64,000 bases of DNA from Takakia lepidozioides (lineage: Eukaryota > Plantae > Bryophyta). Below are positions 23,528 through 36,294 of this stretch, one piece after another. The stretch's first letter is position 1, and every line of letters starts with the position of its first letter. A model generated the notes under the pieces. That model saw only the letters and a program-made list of their open reading frames with translations, did not search any database and was not told the DNA's origin. The DNA lies in the NCBI GenBank assembly GCA_030704615.1, contig CM060731.1, positions 86,552,001 through 86,616,000 on the forward strand, in the 5' to 3' direction. The position numbers and the translations under genes were made by a program.

Positions 23528-25466
23528 TTGGATGTCAAACGCATCAAGGATTGGACAACTCTTGCGTGTCATGTCTATGAACCATATGTCAAGCAAATGA
23601 TGACCATTGCCATTTGCGATATGAAAACAGATGATGCAGATGCTCAGGTGTTATTCTGGGAGATGATCAATGAACAAGCAAAACTTGCTGGCTTGAACAA
23701 ACTAAATTTTGTTGGCTTCATGGCGGATGCAGCAGGAGCGAATTGGGCTGCTGTTCGAAGAGTTTATGGATCTGATCCCAATGTCCCAATGGAAGGTAAA
23801 GAAAGAACATGTTTATATCATTGGGCTAAAAGCCTCCGAAGACACACCAACGACTACATCTTGGAGGACTTCCGTGAAATGCACACTCAGCTCTGTTATG
23901 AATGGAAAGATAGTGCTACCTTGGAGGATGCTACTACCACATACATTGCAATTCGGGCTTGGTGGCTCTCTTCAGGAGCATGCACAGAAAAGAGTCTGCC
24001 AAAACTGGATTCATGGCTTGCATGGTGGCACTACAGATATCGACTGTGGGGCCAATGGATGAGAGAGGACATGGATGTGGAGGCAGATGCAGATATGCCT
24101 ACCACTAATTTGCTTGAGGCGGTCTATTCTGCTTGGTGGAAGACAGCAGGCAATGGGAAAAAAATGAAGGTGGATCTATATGAGGCCACCATGCATGACA
24201 TGTCACGAGCTCTTTTGCAGCAGACAACATTTTATAGGCACACCACAGGAAAGACATGGGGGACGGGGCCCGATAAAGAGGAGCTCATGTTGCGTCAAGC
24301 AGCTAGATCTAATAGCCCAACAAAAATGGGTAAGGTTGTACGTGGCATAGTAGTTGGAACACCACAAGGGGGGTTCAATTGGAGGGAGACAATCGCACTG
24401 TTCCAGTCAAACGCAAGTTAGGCGATGAGCATGGTGGGCCAAACGAATCTTGGAGGTGTGATATGAATGTAAAGACGGTTCCAGTGCGCGCCCCACCGGG
24501 ATGCCCAGTCCACACCAGCCATCTAGGTTTGTCAGCTCCAAATCAAATCATGACATTCCTGGTTCTTCAACTTTCTGTGAGACAAATCCACATGTTGCTA
24601 TCCCTCCTCAGCCAATGCAATGGGGAAATCTAGTGAGAGAGACACAAGACTTTTCCGATGCATTGTTCAGGATTCAGCGGACAGGTCCTGCTTCCATGGT
24701 TCGTTGTTCTGCCTTGGTTGGAGTCTCCAAGGATAAATGCAAAGCGATCATCAGGAAAGGTAAAGGAAGTCCTGCACCTTGCCTCACTGGCAAGTTACTA
24801 GCACCGAACATGAAAGAACCAAAACTGCAAGTTTTTTGGTTTTGCTCCACAGATGTTTTGTCGTGTGTTGGAGGGACCGTGCCATCCTATTGCTTGGGAA
24901 AACCGGGTATACCTAACGTGTGGCATGTAAAGGTTGGAACCAACCTTACACAAGTTGAGGTGGACAACTTGACCCTTGCAGGTTTTCGACTAGTCCATCC
25001 TCCCAACGTTCCTGATCCGAACTTTCCTGTGGGACCACTTCCAGTGGAACAACATATTCATCAAGGTGTGGTCCTTCCTGTGGGTAAGTATCCCACTACA
25101 CGCTATGGGGTGCGCATTCGGCGTCGGGATCCGACTCCTCGACACTTGAGTCGCCAAGAGTCAGCGGAGACTCTTATTGTTGAGGTTCGTCAGAAACGTG
25201 CCTCAGCCAGGTTATGGGAGAATTTACCAGCTACAAACAGAGGGATCTACCAGAGCAGGATTGGTTTACAATGTATACATTGGTCAGTTTCCATCTTGTG
25301 AATGTCCCGACTTTGATGAGTTATCTGTCAAGAAGAAAAAACAAACATATCTACCGTGCATCTAGGATGCGTCGGGGCTTATGAGATCCACCAACCTTCC
25401 CTTAGCCAGTTAGAGGTTAGGGCTATGCTAAAGAAGGACCCTAGTTCAACTTTTAGTGACACATGA
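23528..25466 (+). pseudogene. 5'-truncated Mutator-like transposase, paralogue of 19259-22757
   Basis: DVKRIKDWTTLACHVYE, FMADAAGANW, CLYHW, TTNLLEAVY and SWIM CECPDF..PC. Frameshifts near 24380, 24500 and 25190. Confidence 0.85.
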
Positions 25467-26144
25467 AATGCACAAAAAAAGAACCTTTAACTTGTGCCGT
25501 TCATTTTCATGCATGTGACATGTAATTATCTTGTTACTACTTTATTCCAAACATGACACATATGCATTTGTTAGTACAGAAGTTCCTATTTTGGTTAAAA
25601 TGGAACTTGTGTACCTGTCATACAAGTTTTCAAATTAATTTTTTCTCAAACATGACACATATGCATTTGTTAGTACAAAAGTCCATATTTTGGTTACTAT
25701 GAAACTGTTTTCCTTGAATACAAGTTTGCAAACTATTACTTTGGCCAGGGATCTTGTATTCTCTTCAGTTTAAGGTGGTGCATTAGTTGGAGTTAAGGGT
25801 CACATGCATCTTTGACCATTGACTACTGATTTTGTTAACTAAGAAAAATATATTTTTCTATATACATATGATGTAACATTTGCATATGCAATAAATACGT
25901 CGTATTCTATGTTATATAACTCCACTGCATACAATCTACAATGTGTGGATACAAATTTGTCACATGCATATATAATAACGGATTTTGTGCATGCATGCAC
26001 TCAACTTGTGCATATGGAATAGCAACCCCCCTAAGGGGACCCACCGCCTAGCCATGAGTGAAAAATGATTGATACAAAGAATATGGGATGGGCACATGGG
26101 CCTGGATTTAGTGATAGAATGATGCAGGTGGGGACCACCCTTAT

Positions 26145-26918
26145 TGGGCTAATAGTCCTGGACAACTGTTTAGACATTTTTGCACCTAATAATTATTTCA
26201 ATCGGTCGCTTAGACACGTTTCTCAAACCATTTCTCACATTAGGCATCTTCATGCTATAAGTTTTTAAAATTAGGCACACGAGAAGAGAAAACATTTATT
26301 GTACGGACATGATTGTCTCTGGGTGGGAACAATGTGGGATTTTACGGGCTTTTGAGGACACTTTCTAGGGAGAAGCTATGCGAGCAAATTTTGTAACCAA
26401 TTTGTTTGTAGTGAATGATGATTTAGTGGACGGGAATGCTCAAGTCACTGAGGATATCCCTCATATCTACCTTGACCTTAGTGTAGAGGAAACTATGTGT
26501 AGATGTCTTGCAAATCTGCATATTGAAAATGAGGATATCCGTGATCTCAATGTGGTGGACGAGGTAGATGGAGAGATCATGATGATTAGCGAGGAGGATG
26601 AATATGATGACATTGTCGAGTCCATGCAGGGGCCTTTCAAAGTTACATGGAGCTCTCGCATATAGATTGCAATTTGTAGGAAGTTATTTCCGCACGCATA
26701 TATTTGTATTGATTTTGTTCAATGGAATTTTCATCTTATTACAAACAACATGAGAAGAGGCTTGCAAGTTTTTTTCTGGAATTTTTAGGCATTAGGCACT
26801 TTGGTCCCATAGTTTCCGAACAATTAGGCCAAAATCTAGAAAATTCCCAGAATTGGTTAGGCACTTTCATTTTTGAATTAATTATCGCCTAATCGGTTGT
26901 CCAACTAAGCCCAGCCCT
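26145..26918. mobile_element. Possible non-autonomous hAT-like element remnant
   Basis: Imperfect inverted ends TGGGCTAATAGTCCTGGACAACTGTTTAG and CTAATCGGTTGTCCAACTAAGCCCAGCCCTG. Short acidic ORF 26378-26665 inside. Confidence 0.3.
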
Positions 26919-28075
26919 GACCAAGGCAGCCCGGTTATTCCACGGGTTCCTGCATCCCGACCCGGCCTTGTGACACAGTTTTGGAGTTCTGAGCACGAGG
27001 GGATTAGGCCGATGATCGCGGCCCGGGTGGCCGGGTTCTCTTATCGGCACCCGGCAATATAACGCTGATTCTGGAGAGATAAAAAAATCAGGCGGGAGGT
27101 AACGTTCTTCTTCAAGATTGTTGGCTTCTCCATCAAAGAATCAGATCACGGGATGGCAACAACAACTGCAGGATGTGGTGGTTCAATGAAGTCTGTTCAG
27201 ACTCAAAGCATCTTGCAAAGTGCGCATAGCTTATATAAGAATCAGACGATGGTCGCAGCTTGGGGAATGCGTCGGTCATGATGAAGCGTCACCTGTAAAG
27301 CTTGGAAGGGCTCCAGTGAGCTTGAGAGCCATCACTTTGAGTTGAGGGAAAAAGGAACTTGAGTATCATGGTTGTGCACTGATTGATCAGAACATTCACG
27401 AAAACAAAGCAAAGGAAGAGCTGCTTAGCAGCATCCGGGTCTAGATATATATAACTGAAGCAACTTCACATGTCAAGCTGGACCAAAATAACGGACAGTT
27501 GCCCGATGTGACCATGATCCAACCATGCCCGAACTGCTGACTCCCTATTGACCGTTACATTCTGAGATAACTGGTTCCTAGCGGTCGGATGTTTAGATGT
27601 TGGTGGCGCCTCTTATGGACGACACCGACACAAGACACAACCTTGTCTGTTGCTTGTGGGCCTCTTGTGGGCACATGGGCCCACTCTAGATACAAGCCTT
27701 GGACGACCCGTGGGTATGAAAGCTTGCGCCTCCCTGCTTGCTGTCTCTCCAGTTCCCTTTCTTCTCCAAAGCTCAGGAGTTTGGGGAGTCTAATTCAGCC
27801 TCAGAAACTGTGCAGCATTCCGCTTTATCTCACGAACCCCGGGCCATTACCTGTACGTCGTTATTAGAAGTTCGCAACAGTGAGTCTGTTGTGTGACCAG
27901 TCTCCCCATACAGGCGCAGACGTAGGCTGGAGATTACCCCGCCCTAGCTCAACTGACTAGATCAAGGTGTGAACTGTACACAGTTTCAACAAGGTCTACA
28001 CGCGGAGATATAATGTTTTGACAACCACATAAATATATAGGACCACCTTCGAGATCATCTAAAGTGGCCTTGAGG

Positions 28076-31000
28076 ATGCAGAGATCATTCATGGCATTTG
28101 AAAACCGATTTCTGATTTTCTATGTAGTGGTAGCATTGAGCTGGTTGGAGGGCAGTGCGGGCCAGCAGACGAACACATTCGTACCCTTTCAAAACTCAGT
28201 ATTCCACGAAAACTTTTATGTGACGTGGTCGACCGACAATGTGTGGGCTATCGACGAAGGGCGCATACTCCAGCTCAGCCTCAATGAAAATTCGGGTAAT
28301 CCTCTATGAGCAAGCCGTGGGATGTTCTTCATTTGGACTCTTGGGACCGCATCATGGGTGATCTGTAAAACCGAAACGCTGATAATTGGCAATGTCCGGC
28401 ATTGTCTTACAGTACAAGCGTTTTTGGTGTAGTAGCATTGAATGTCAATCAGCTAGAAATTAACTAGAACTCAGAGGTAATTTCTCCACAGTCCGTGAAC
28501 ATTTCTAGCTTTTGAATTGTATGGATCCATGATTGATCATCAAGTATGTCGGTGCCCTATGCACCTGCAGGCTGCGTGAGGCCTTTTGGATATCCTTCAC
28601 TTGATGCATTATTCATCAATTTATGAGGAAACCTAGCTGAGATTCACAAGCACATGGCGCGGTGCAGTAGGCCTGTACTGCATACATGTATGGATTACGA
28701 CTCTTAGAAGTTTTCCTAAGTGGGCTCACCAGGAGGCACTTTATGATGGTGTTTGGGGGGCTTCCAAGAGCATTTCCATAAGTTATGACGGACTTGTGGA
28801 GTCGGCACACGATTTTTCAGCTGAACTGCTGGAGATCCTGGTCGAGTGGGTGTACATAGCTCAAGGGTCGTTTCTCGCAAAGAAAGATGACGCCGGCGCA
28901 GAATCCGTCTTTCCCACGAGCGTGGGGACCGATCCTCTCTGTCCGCAGTGGTGGACCGTTTCCTGCATTCATAATTTAGGACTTCCCATTGACAGACCTC
29001 GGTGTTTTCGGGCACCCCCTGGGACAAGCAGCTCTAGACTGGGGACAGTCTGTTAAAATTTTGATCTCATGTACGTAACTTATTACTGTGTTTATCTCAA
29101 CACATGCAGGCACTGGGGTGTCATCTGTGAGTAAGTACTTATATGGCTACATTCGCGCAACCATAAAGCTCATACCCGACAACTCCGCTGGTACAGTTAC
29201 CGCTTTCTATGTAAGACTTCCGCCACCATTTGAAGTTGAGGTTCTCTTTGGTCGCTTGATTGGTCATTGACTTTGCTAGCCCACAATAGTCCTTGATCTT
29301 GAGAGCGTCACTTGTCTCAAGTGCAAGAAATGAACTTTTACTTGTATAGATCCGGCATCCATCACATCCCTCTCGGTTTCTCAAGATCTCGATCTGTTTC
29401 TCTCCAGCAGCGCCTATTGAGCATCCAGATGTCGGGGATGGGGTTGGTAGTAACATTCCTCCCAAAGCCAGGGAATGGAGCAAAGTCCCCATTGGTGACA
29501 TCTGATGTGGGTGTAGTTCCCTCCCTGGCTTAGGCAAAGAGAGAAAGAACATGGAGACAAAGCATTTGAAATGACCTCAAGAAAACCCAAGAAACCAACC
29601 AACGGCTAGGTCATCCATTCTGTTTGCTGCTAATCAACTGCAAAAACATAACCGCTCGTTACGAAATATGGGCGTTGGCGACTCTCTAGGTGGTTGAGGG
29701 TCCTGTGGGCCGCCGTAGGACTTCCTTGATACCTGTCCTTTAGATCGAGCACAGGGAAAAGCCTAACCAGTGACTTTGAATTTGGTACACTTGGCTGCTG
29801 CTTCTTGTGGCTAATGCCTGCTGCATACGTGGCCAAGTTCATGGCAGGTATCATCACAGTCGGATTATCACGACGAGCTGGACTTCGAGTTTCTGGGCAA
29901 CGTCTCGGGGGAGCCGTATGTGTTGCAGACCAACGTTTTCGCAAATGGTGTCGGAAGCCGCGAGCAACGCATCAACCTTTGGTTCGACCCCCGGGAGGAT
30001 TTCCACGACTACAGTATCATCTGGAACCAGAAGCAAATCATGTAAGTTGCGTTCTTCAATCATGAGAGCTTAATCTACTCTACATTTGTGAATCAAGCGT
30101 TAAATTCTCATGACATCGGCCAGATTCACAATCCAGAAATTGAATGTAAGTTCAATCGTTGTTTACTGGGCAGCCTCAGCAGAGGTTCGTGATATTCCAG
30201 GCCAGATCCTACCTGAATCATGTAATATCAGCCTCGTAAGAGCTTCATCCAGGCCACCTCATACCCGAATCAGGCAGGTTCAATGCTTCTTCCAATTGGC
30301 AGCCTCACGGGAACTTACTCCCGACTTACCAAAATCGAAAAATGCATCTCGAAATTGGGCAGGCTCGAAAAGAGCTTCAATCTGGAATATAAGCGCGGTA
30401 GGAATGTGACACAGTAGGCGACATTCTCTGCGCTGGCTTCTATTCTTCCAAGCACTTGGGGATTCTTTTGGTGATGATGCTAAGAGACCTAGCTAATAGC
30501 ACCTCCCGGTGTGAAACTGGTTGACATTTGCTTAGAGATCTTCACCTGGAAAGAAACATCCCCTGATGGTTGGTACTTACAGTGAAGTCTCGCACCCATC
30601 ATTGGACCATAGTTATACAATGCTTTGAAAAGGCAACCATGGCCCAGCACTTCAATTTTATTGCGGTATTGTGTTCCATACCACACCCACCAAACCAAAT
30701 AATGTATAACAGTTCTTTTGTTGACTGCCTGGTCCACTTCACATTGTTAGCTGATTTGTGGCTCTGATCATCCTCAGAAAATTCTCTTAATGGTGGGTCA
30801 ATTTTGAGTACCCCTCCTACACCAAAACTTGTCATTGTCATCTTCACTTCTGTTTTGCTCAACATTGCACAAAAAGTGCGCCAAAGCAACTCGTCAATTG
30901 GGAATGTGGAATGACTTCAAATGTGCAGATTCTTTGTGGACAATACAGCCATTCGAGTGTTCCAGAACCGCCAGTCTTCGGGCCAGGCTTATCCATCCAA

Positions 31001-31577
31001 CCAGGCCATGGGTGTCTACTCCAGCATCTTTGATGCTTCCCAATGGGCCACCAGGGGTGGGCTTGTGAAAATCGACTGGAGTGCAGCTCCCTTTCTGGTA
31101 TCCTACACAAACTATGTTATGGATGCTTGTGTATGGGACACTACATACCCCACGGACTGTGCATCTGCCAATTCAGGTATTGCCAACTCTTCACCTGTGG
31201 CTTCAATTTCCTAGACGTATGATGAACATACGTAGGTAAGCAAATCCTTGATCACAAATCAGTCACATTTGTTTGGCTATCCAAACCTCTGTGAGGAGTA
31301 ACATGTTGAAGTTGTTACTCTAGAAAATACTTCTTTCCATGTGTGATCCTTTTTGCACAGTTTCTTGTACTGTTAAAGTAAGTTCCATCCTTGATCTGGA
31401 GTGTTCATTCTTGATGTGAGTGCAGGAAAGTGGTGGGCTGCTGAACAGTACCAAACACTGGGGGAGGATCACAAGAGCCAACTAAACTGGGTCAAGAATA
31501 ACTATGGGATATATGACTACTGCACTGACACTACACGCTACCCAACCCCACCTTTTGAATGCACAGCCCCTCTCTAA
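28076..31577 (+). CDS. XTH: Xyloglucan endotransglucosylase/hydrolase (GH16), 5 exons, 304 aa
   Basis: Exons 28076-28295, 29110-29210, 29848-30041, 30929-31176 and 31426-31577 join in frame (915 nt) with GT-AG introns. Signal peptide, SAGTVTAFY, catalytic [11 protein letters not shown] plus NVS glycosite, WATRGG, YDYCTD..RYP..P.EC. Alternative ATG at 28091. TATA-like element at about 28031-28040. Confidence 0.96.
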
Positions 31578-32788
31578 AGAGTACACATTGACTTTTACTG
31601 GCTTACATTGCTGGCAGGCATGTGATCTGGAATAGGTCTGCATGCAAGGCATCTACAGTGCACCTTCTTTTCTAGCCCCTTATATTAATCCAACACAAAA
31701 CATTCAGAGAGCTCCTTAATAACAGGTGTTGGAAAGTGTCTTATCTGGTTTGTGGAGTTCCTATGTATATACAGAGAGGACTACATGAGGAACTCTTGGA
31801 GAGAAGTGGATGTTCACATATTTTAATAGTTAGACCTGGCTTTAAGCTGGAGATTGTACATAAAATTGTCGATTGCTGAAGGCAAGAAAAAGAAATAAGG
31901 AGCTGTATGATACCAGAGTACAAACATCTGGCATCTGTTACCATTTACCAGGTGCCTGGGCTGGTTGGAGTTTCCTGGCTCCTTCACTTGTTGGTTTCCG
32001 TACACAACTTCCCTCTTGACACATTTTTCCTCCACTTCGCATTGTATTTCATAATGATGGTAATGTTGTGGATTCAATAACCACTTTCCAGAGGAGTCTT
32101 TATTGCAGTTCAATCTCACAAATTCTGCAGAAGCCTGCTCATTCTTTCCATGGGAATGGAGAATGCAGGTGACTCCATCCAAATCTCTCCAACCATCATC
32201 ACTGGGCTATCATTGGACTTTCAACGTCAGACAAACATATTGGGAAAGCAAGCTACAGGGAAAAAACAGAACAATTTTCCTGCTACTCTTTGCTTGCTCT
32301 CTTCAATTCAACTAGCATTTTAGAACACCATGACGAGTGAGTGTATCCAGTTTCTGGGCTTGGCAGATCCTGCAGCAAAGTGGGTTTTCTTCACGGCTAC
32401 TCTCCAGGGGTCTGCGCAAATCCTCTGTTTGCTCCATAATCACACTTGAACTGTAATCATCACCATGGGCAGCTCACAGAAAGTGTAGCACTGTCCGCTG
32501 CACTCCATGAGAAACAGTGTTATCATCTTTACTCCTTGCTAACATCAACTGAGGACATTTTTTAGAAGAACTCTTGAAGGCAGAGCTCGGTGAGCTGGGT
32601 GCCCGACACTGTCGTAGTTTCAGGTAGCAGCTTACACAACCTTTGTAAATGAGCACTAAATTGCAGGGTTAGGGTTCTGAAACCCTAAATTTAAACCAGC
32701 ACGTGGGCAATAAATCCCACAAGGCCCTAGGCCAGGGAATGAATTTTCCAGCAAGTGTCTACTTGTCAATTTCAGGACATCAATACAT

Positions 32789-34620
32789 GAATGGAGACGA
32801 TTTGTTTGTTTGTTTTGTTTTGTTTTGATTTGATTTGTAGCGTTGAGATGTCCCGAACCACGAGGGCCCGGCGCTGGTGCTTGGTACCGTTGGAAAGCCC
32901 TCGACAAGGAGGGGTGCACCGGCTTGGTCTCATGATTTCTGGACATGCGGTGTGGGAGATACGGAATTCCAAGTACTTTTGGTCGCTGGAAATTCACAAA
33001 AAATAGCAAAAATGGCAAAGTGGGCATTCCTGGGACAATGGTTGGAGCCTCGAAGGGAGAGATATCAAGGGAAAGGTCTCCGGTTCAAATCTGGTCGTAG
33101 GCTCTCTAAAAAAAATAAAAAATGATCAGATATGGGATTGCACTTGATAGAGGATTGCACTTGGGCCTGGACATAGGAGACCCACTTTGGATACATAAGA
33201 AATTGCACTTGGTTTAGATTTCAATTCTTCACACATGGGCCTTCATAGGAGACGCTACTTGAATACATAGGGGATCGCACTTGGACTTAGATTTCATTCT
33301 TAACCCATGGGCCAATGGCGCAGGCTACCCTAGGCCTAGATCTCCCAAACAGGAGGGTCCCTAGATACATAGGGGATTGCACTTGGACTTAGATGACACT
33401 GGACACTTGGGCCAATGGCACAGGCTACCCTAGAGGTTGCATTTGGGCCTCGACATAGGAGACGCACTTTGATACATAGGGGATTACACTTGGACTTAGA
33501 TGACATCGGACACTTGGGCCAAGGCACAGGCTACCCTAGTCAATCTATGAATCGAGACATTTGTTTTGTTCTGTTTTTGTTGTTTGTAGCGTCGTTGAGA
33601 TCTCCCAAACTGCGGGGCCCAGCCCGGGTGCTTGGTACCGTTGGAAAGCCCTCGACGAGGAGGTCTCATGATTTTTGGACCCGCGGTGTGGGAGATGTGG
33701 ACTTTCAAGTGTTTTTGGTCGCTGAAAATTCAGGAAAAATAGCAAAGTGGGCTTTCCTGGAGCAATGATTGGTTCATGTGGGAGATTTGGAATTTCAAGT
33801 ATTTTTAGTCGCTGGAAATTCGTGAAAAACAGAAAAATGGCTTTCCTGGGACAATGATTGGAGCCTCGACAGGGGAGATATCAAGGGAAATGTCTCCGGT
33901 TCAAATCTGGTCGTAGGTTCTCTGGAAAAAAAAAAATGGTTAAATAGGGGATTGCACTTGGACTTAGATGACATTGGACACTTGGGCCAACGGCACAGGC
34001 TACCCTAGAGGTCGCACCTGGGCCTCCACATAGGAGACGCACTAGGATACATAGGAGATCTTGCATTTGGGCTTAGATGACATTGGACATTTGGGCGGCG
34101 ACACACTTGGATATATAGGGGATTGCACTTGGACTTAGATGACACTGGACACTTGGGCCAACGGCACACAGGCTATAGAAGTATTAATATAAACTTCTAA
34201 CTATTTCACCAAATTTCAATCTCTGAATCACATTACATTGTTGCTCATTTTGTTGTTCATTCATGTACCACAGATTTCTTTGTAACTAAACAAACATCCA
34301 CCTTCATTTTAGTATATCGATTTCAATTCTTCACTCACACATGGGCATCGACATAGGGGACACACTTGGATACATAAGGGATCGGACTTGGGACTGGACA
34401 CTTGGGCCAACGGCACAGGCTACCCTTTTCATTATATGACACGAGACGTTTGTTTTGTTTGTTTTGTTTTGTTTTGTCACGTTGAGATGTCTCGAACCGC
34501 AAGGCCCCAGCCCCGGTGCTTGGTACCGTTGGAAAGCCCTCGACGAGAGGGGTGCACGGGCTTGGTCTCGCGATTTTTGGACATGCAGTGTGGGAGATGT
34601 CGAATTCCAAGTACTTTTGG
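32789..34620. repeat. Three copies of a TE-derived repeat (starts about 32789, 33553, 34443) with internal GGATACATAGGGGATTGCACTTGGACTTAGAT subrepeats
   Basis: Shared GGTGCTTGGTACCGTTGGAAAGCCCTCGAC at about 32876, 33627 and 34515, each after a TTTG microsatellite. Confidence 0.8.
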
Positions 34621-34639
34621 TTCTCTGTATGTAGTCATG

Positions 34640-35052
34640 TGAGCTGGTGAAGGAATCCATCCATTACTTTCATGTGTCAAAGTACTTTCATGCCTAGGCA
34701 CGGAGCAACTGGATGGGGTGGAAGATTTTATTCAGAACAGCCGATCAAACCAGTTTCTGGTATGGAAGCCTTACTTGATGCCTGCTGGATTCATGGCAAC
34801 GTAAAGGTGGGAGTACATACAACAAAATGCCTTGTTAAGGGATCCAAAGCTCACTGCAACTTGCGTTCTGTTATTGCATATGGCACTGCAGCTGGCAGGT
34901 GGCCGAGTCATAGTACAGCTAAGGTGAGCAAAATGATGCAGGTCATAAATAAGCGAGGGCACTGCTGCATTGCGGGTGAGAACCACGTGCATCAGTGCAT
35001 TGCCATTGTCGAAATCCAGGGTGAGCTGAACAATTTGTTTTGGGACGGATGA
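34640..35052 (+). pseudogene. Degenerate PPR E/E+ domain fragment (PLS-E/DYW class)
   Basis: ALLDACWIHGNVKVG...AYGTAAGRW...VSKMM...GHCCIAGENHVHQ resembles the consensus ALLGACRIHGN..YA.AG.W..G.S.I....VH.F. Confidence 0.7.
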
Positions 35053-35850
35053 AGGAGGCTGCATATGAACTTTGTATATGAACTCTGAATCACATTGCAT
35101 TCTTGCTTACGTCGTGCAGGTTTATTACAGACATTTAAAAATTATTTCTTCCATGTACCACTTACTCTTCGTAACTAAACAAAGGGCTCTAAGGCCTCCA
35201 TGCCAAGAAAACACATTGCTTGCGTGTATCGTGAGCCACCCATACACAGCCCAATGGACATACAAGGCCCTGAACTCCATGCATATTGATCGACATGAGT
35301 ATCCGCTTCTTGGCATACAGGACGTAGCAATACATACACCTATGCAGCGATTTTTTGAGTCTATGTATGTCATATGCACTACACTGCTTCATCACACATT
35401 CCTGCAAAATGCATGCCCGGCAGTGTACCCTAAACAATTAGAAATAAGCATGGGACACACCATACGGTCTGCAAAATCATCACAGAAAGTTTCAGAAATC
35501 AAGCTCGGCTTTATTTCATGACCATTTCAAAACACAATGCACGACACGTCTAAGGCCCGTTGTATCCTACAAGACATGAAGCACACCTACCCATCCATCA
35601 AACCTCTGCGAGCCAGTCGGTTTCCTTGAAGTCCCATTCGTAATTTGGGACTGTCTTCGTCTTCATTCCCAACCCCTTCTTCCAGGACTTGCTTTTGTCA
35701 TTCCACATGCGAACGTCTTGCGTAAAAAGGTTCTCCGTCCACCTGGGAGTCACACGAAAAAACACACTGGATTTGTTGTGTTCCAGATGCATGGTGTACG
35801 GGAATGTAACGACGAGTTCACCACCTGCAATGGTGCAGCAGAGTCACGCA

Positions 35851-36292
35851 GGCGTGAGCATGCTCACATGAGCACAAGTGAATATAAAGGATATTCCCTA
35901 GATGCCTTTCGAATATTCTCCGGCGAAACTAAAATTGAGAAACTAAAATCTTTGCGAAACTTTTTTTAACTGCTCACATAGGCCCTCACATCATCCCTTA
36001 AGAAACAAGTAACACCTATACACGATAAACATGTTACCATAGGCGTGGGATTTCCTCACGTTATGCGAACCAGATACCAGAAAACCCCATAAAAACAAAA
36101 ATCGTGGTTTTCAGTCTGGGTATTAGCAGTTTAAGCCCTAGAAAAGTTATTTTCACACTGAGAAAATAAATCTGAAGGTACTGATATGCACCGTGCCTGT
36201 TAACATGTAATTCCTATGACCGCGGTTTGAAAACATTTAACCCCTATGACCGTGGGTTGTGCTCACGCCGTGCTCACGTGAGCATGCTCACA
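35851..36292. mobile_element. MITE-like element (~440 bp) with GTGAGCATGCTCAC-based terminal inverted repeats
   Basis: 35853-35875 CGTGAGCATGCTCACATGAGCAC versus 36270-36292 GTGCTCACGTGAGCATGCTCACA (21/23 inverted match). No clear TSD. Confidence 0.6.
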
Positions 36293-36294
36293 GG

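Noticed and set aside
28716-29056. ORFs within XTH intron 1
   Set aside because: No recognisable motifs; the canonical XTH exon chain skips them.
35125-35850. Possible coding remnant (..DVRMWNDKSKSWKKG..)
   Set aside because: Could not be assigned to any family by eye; a search is needed.
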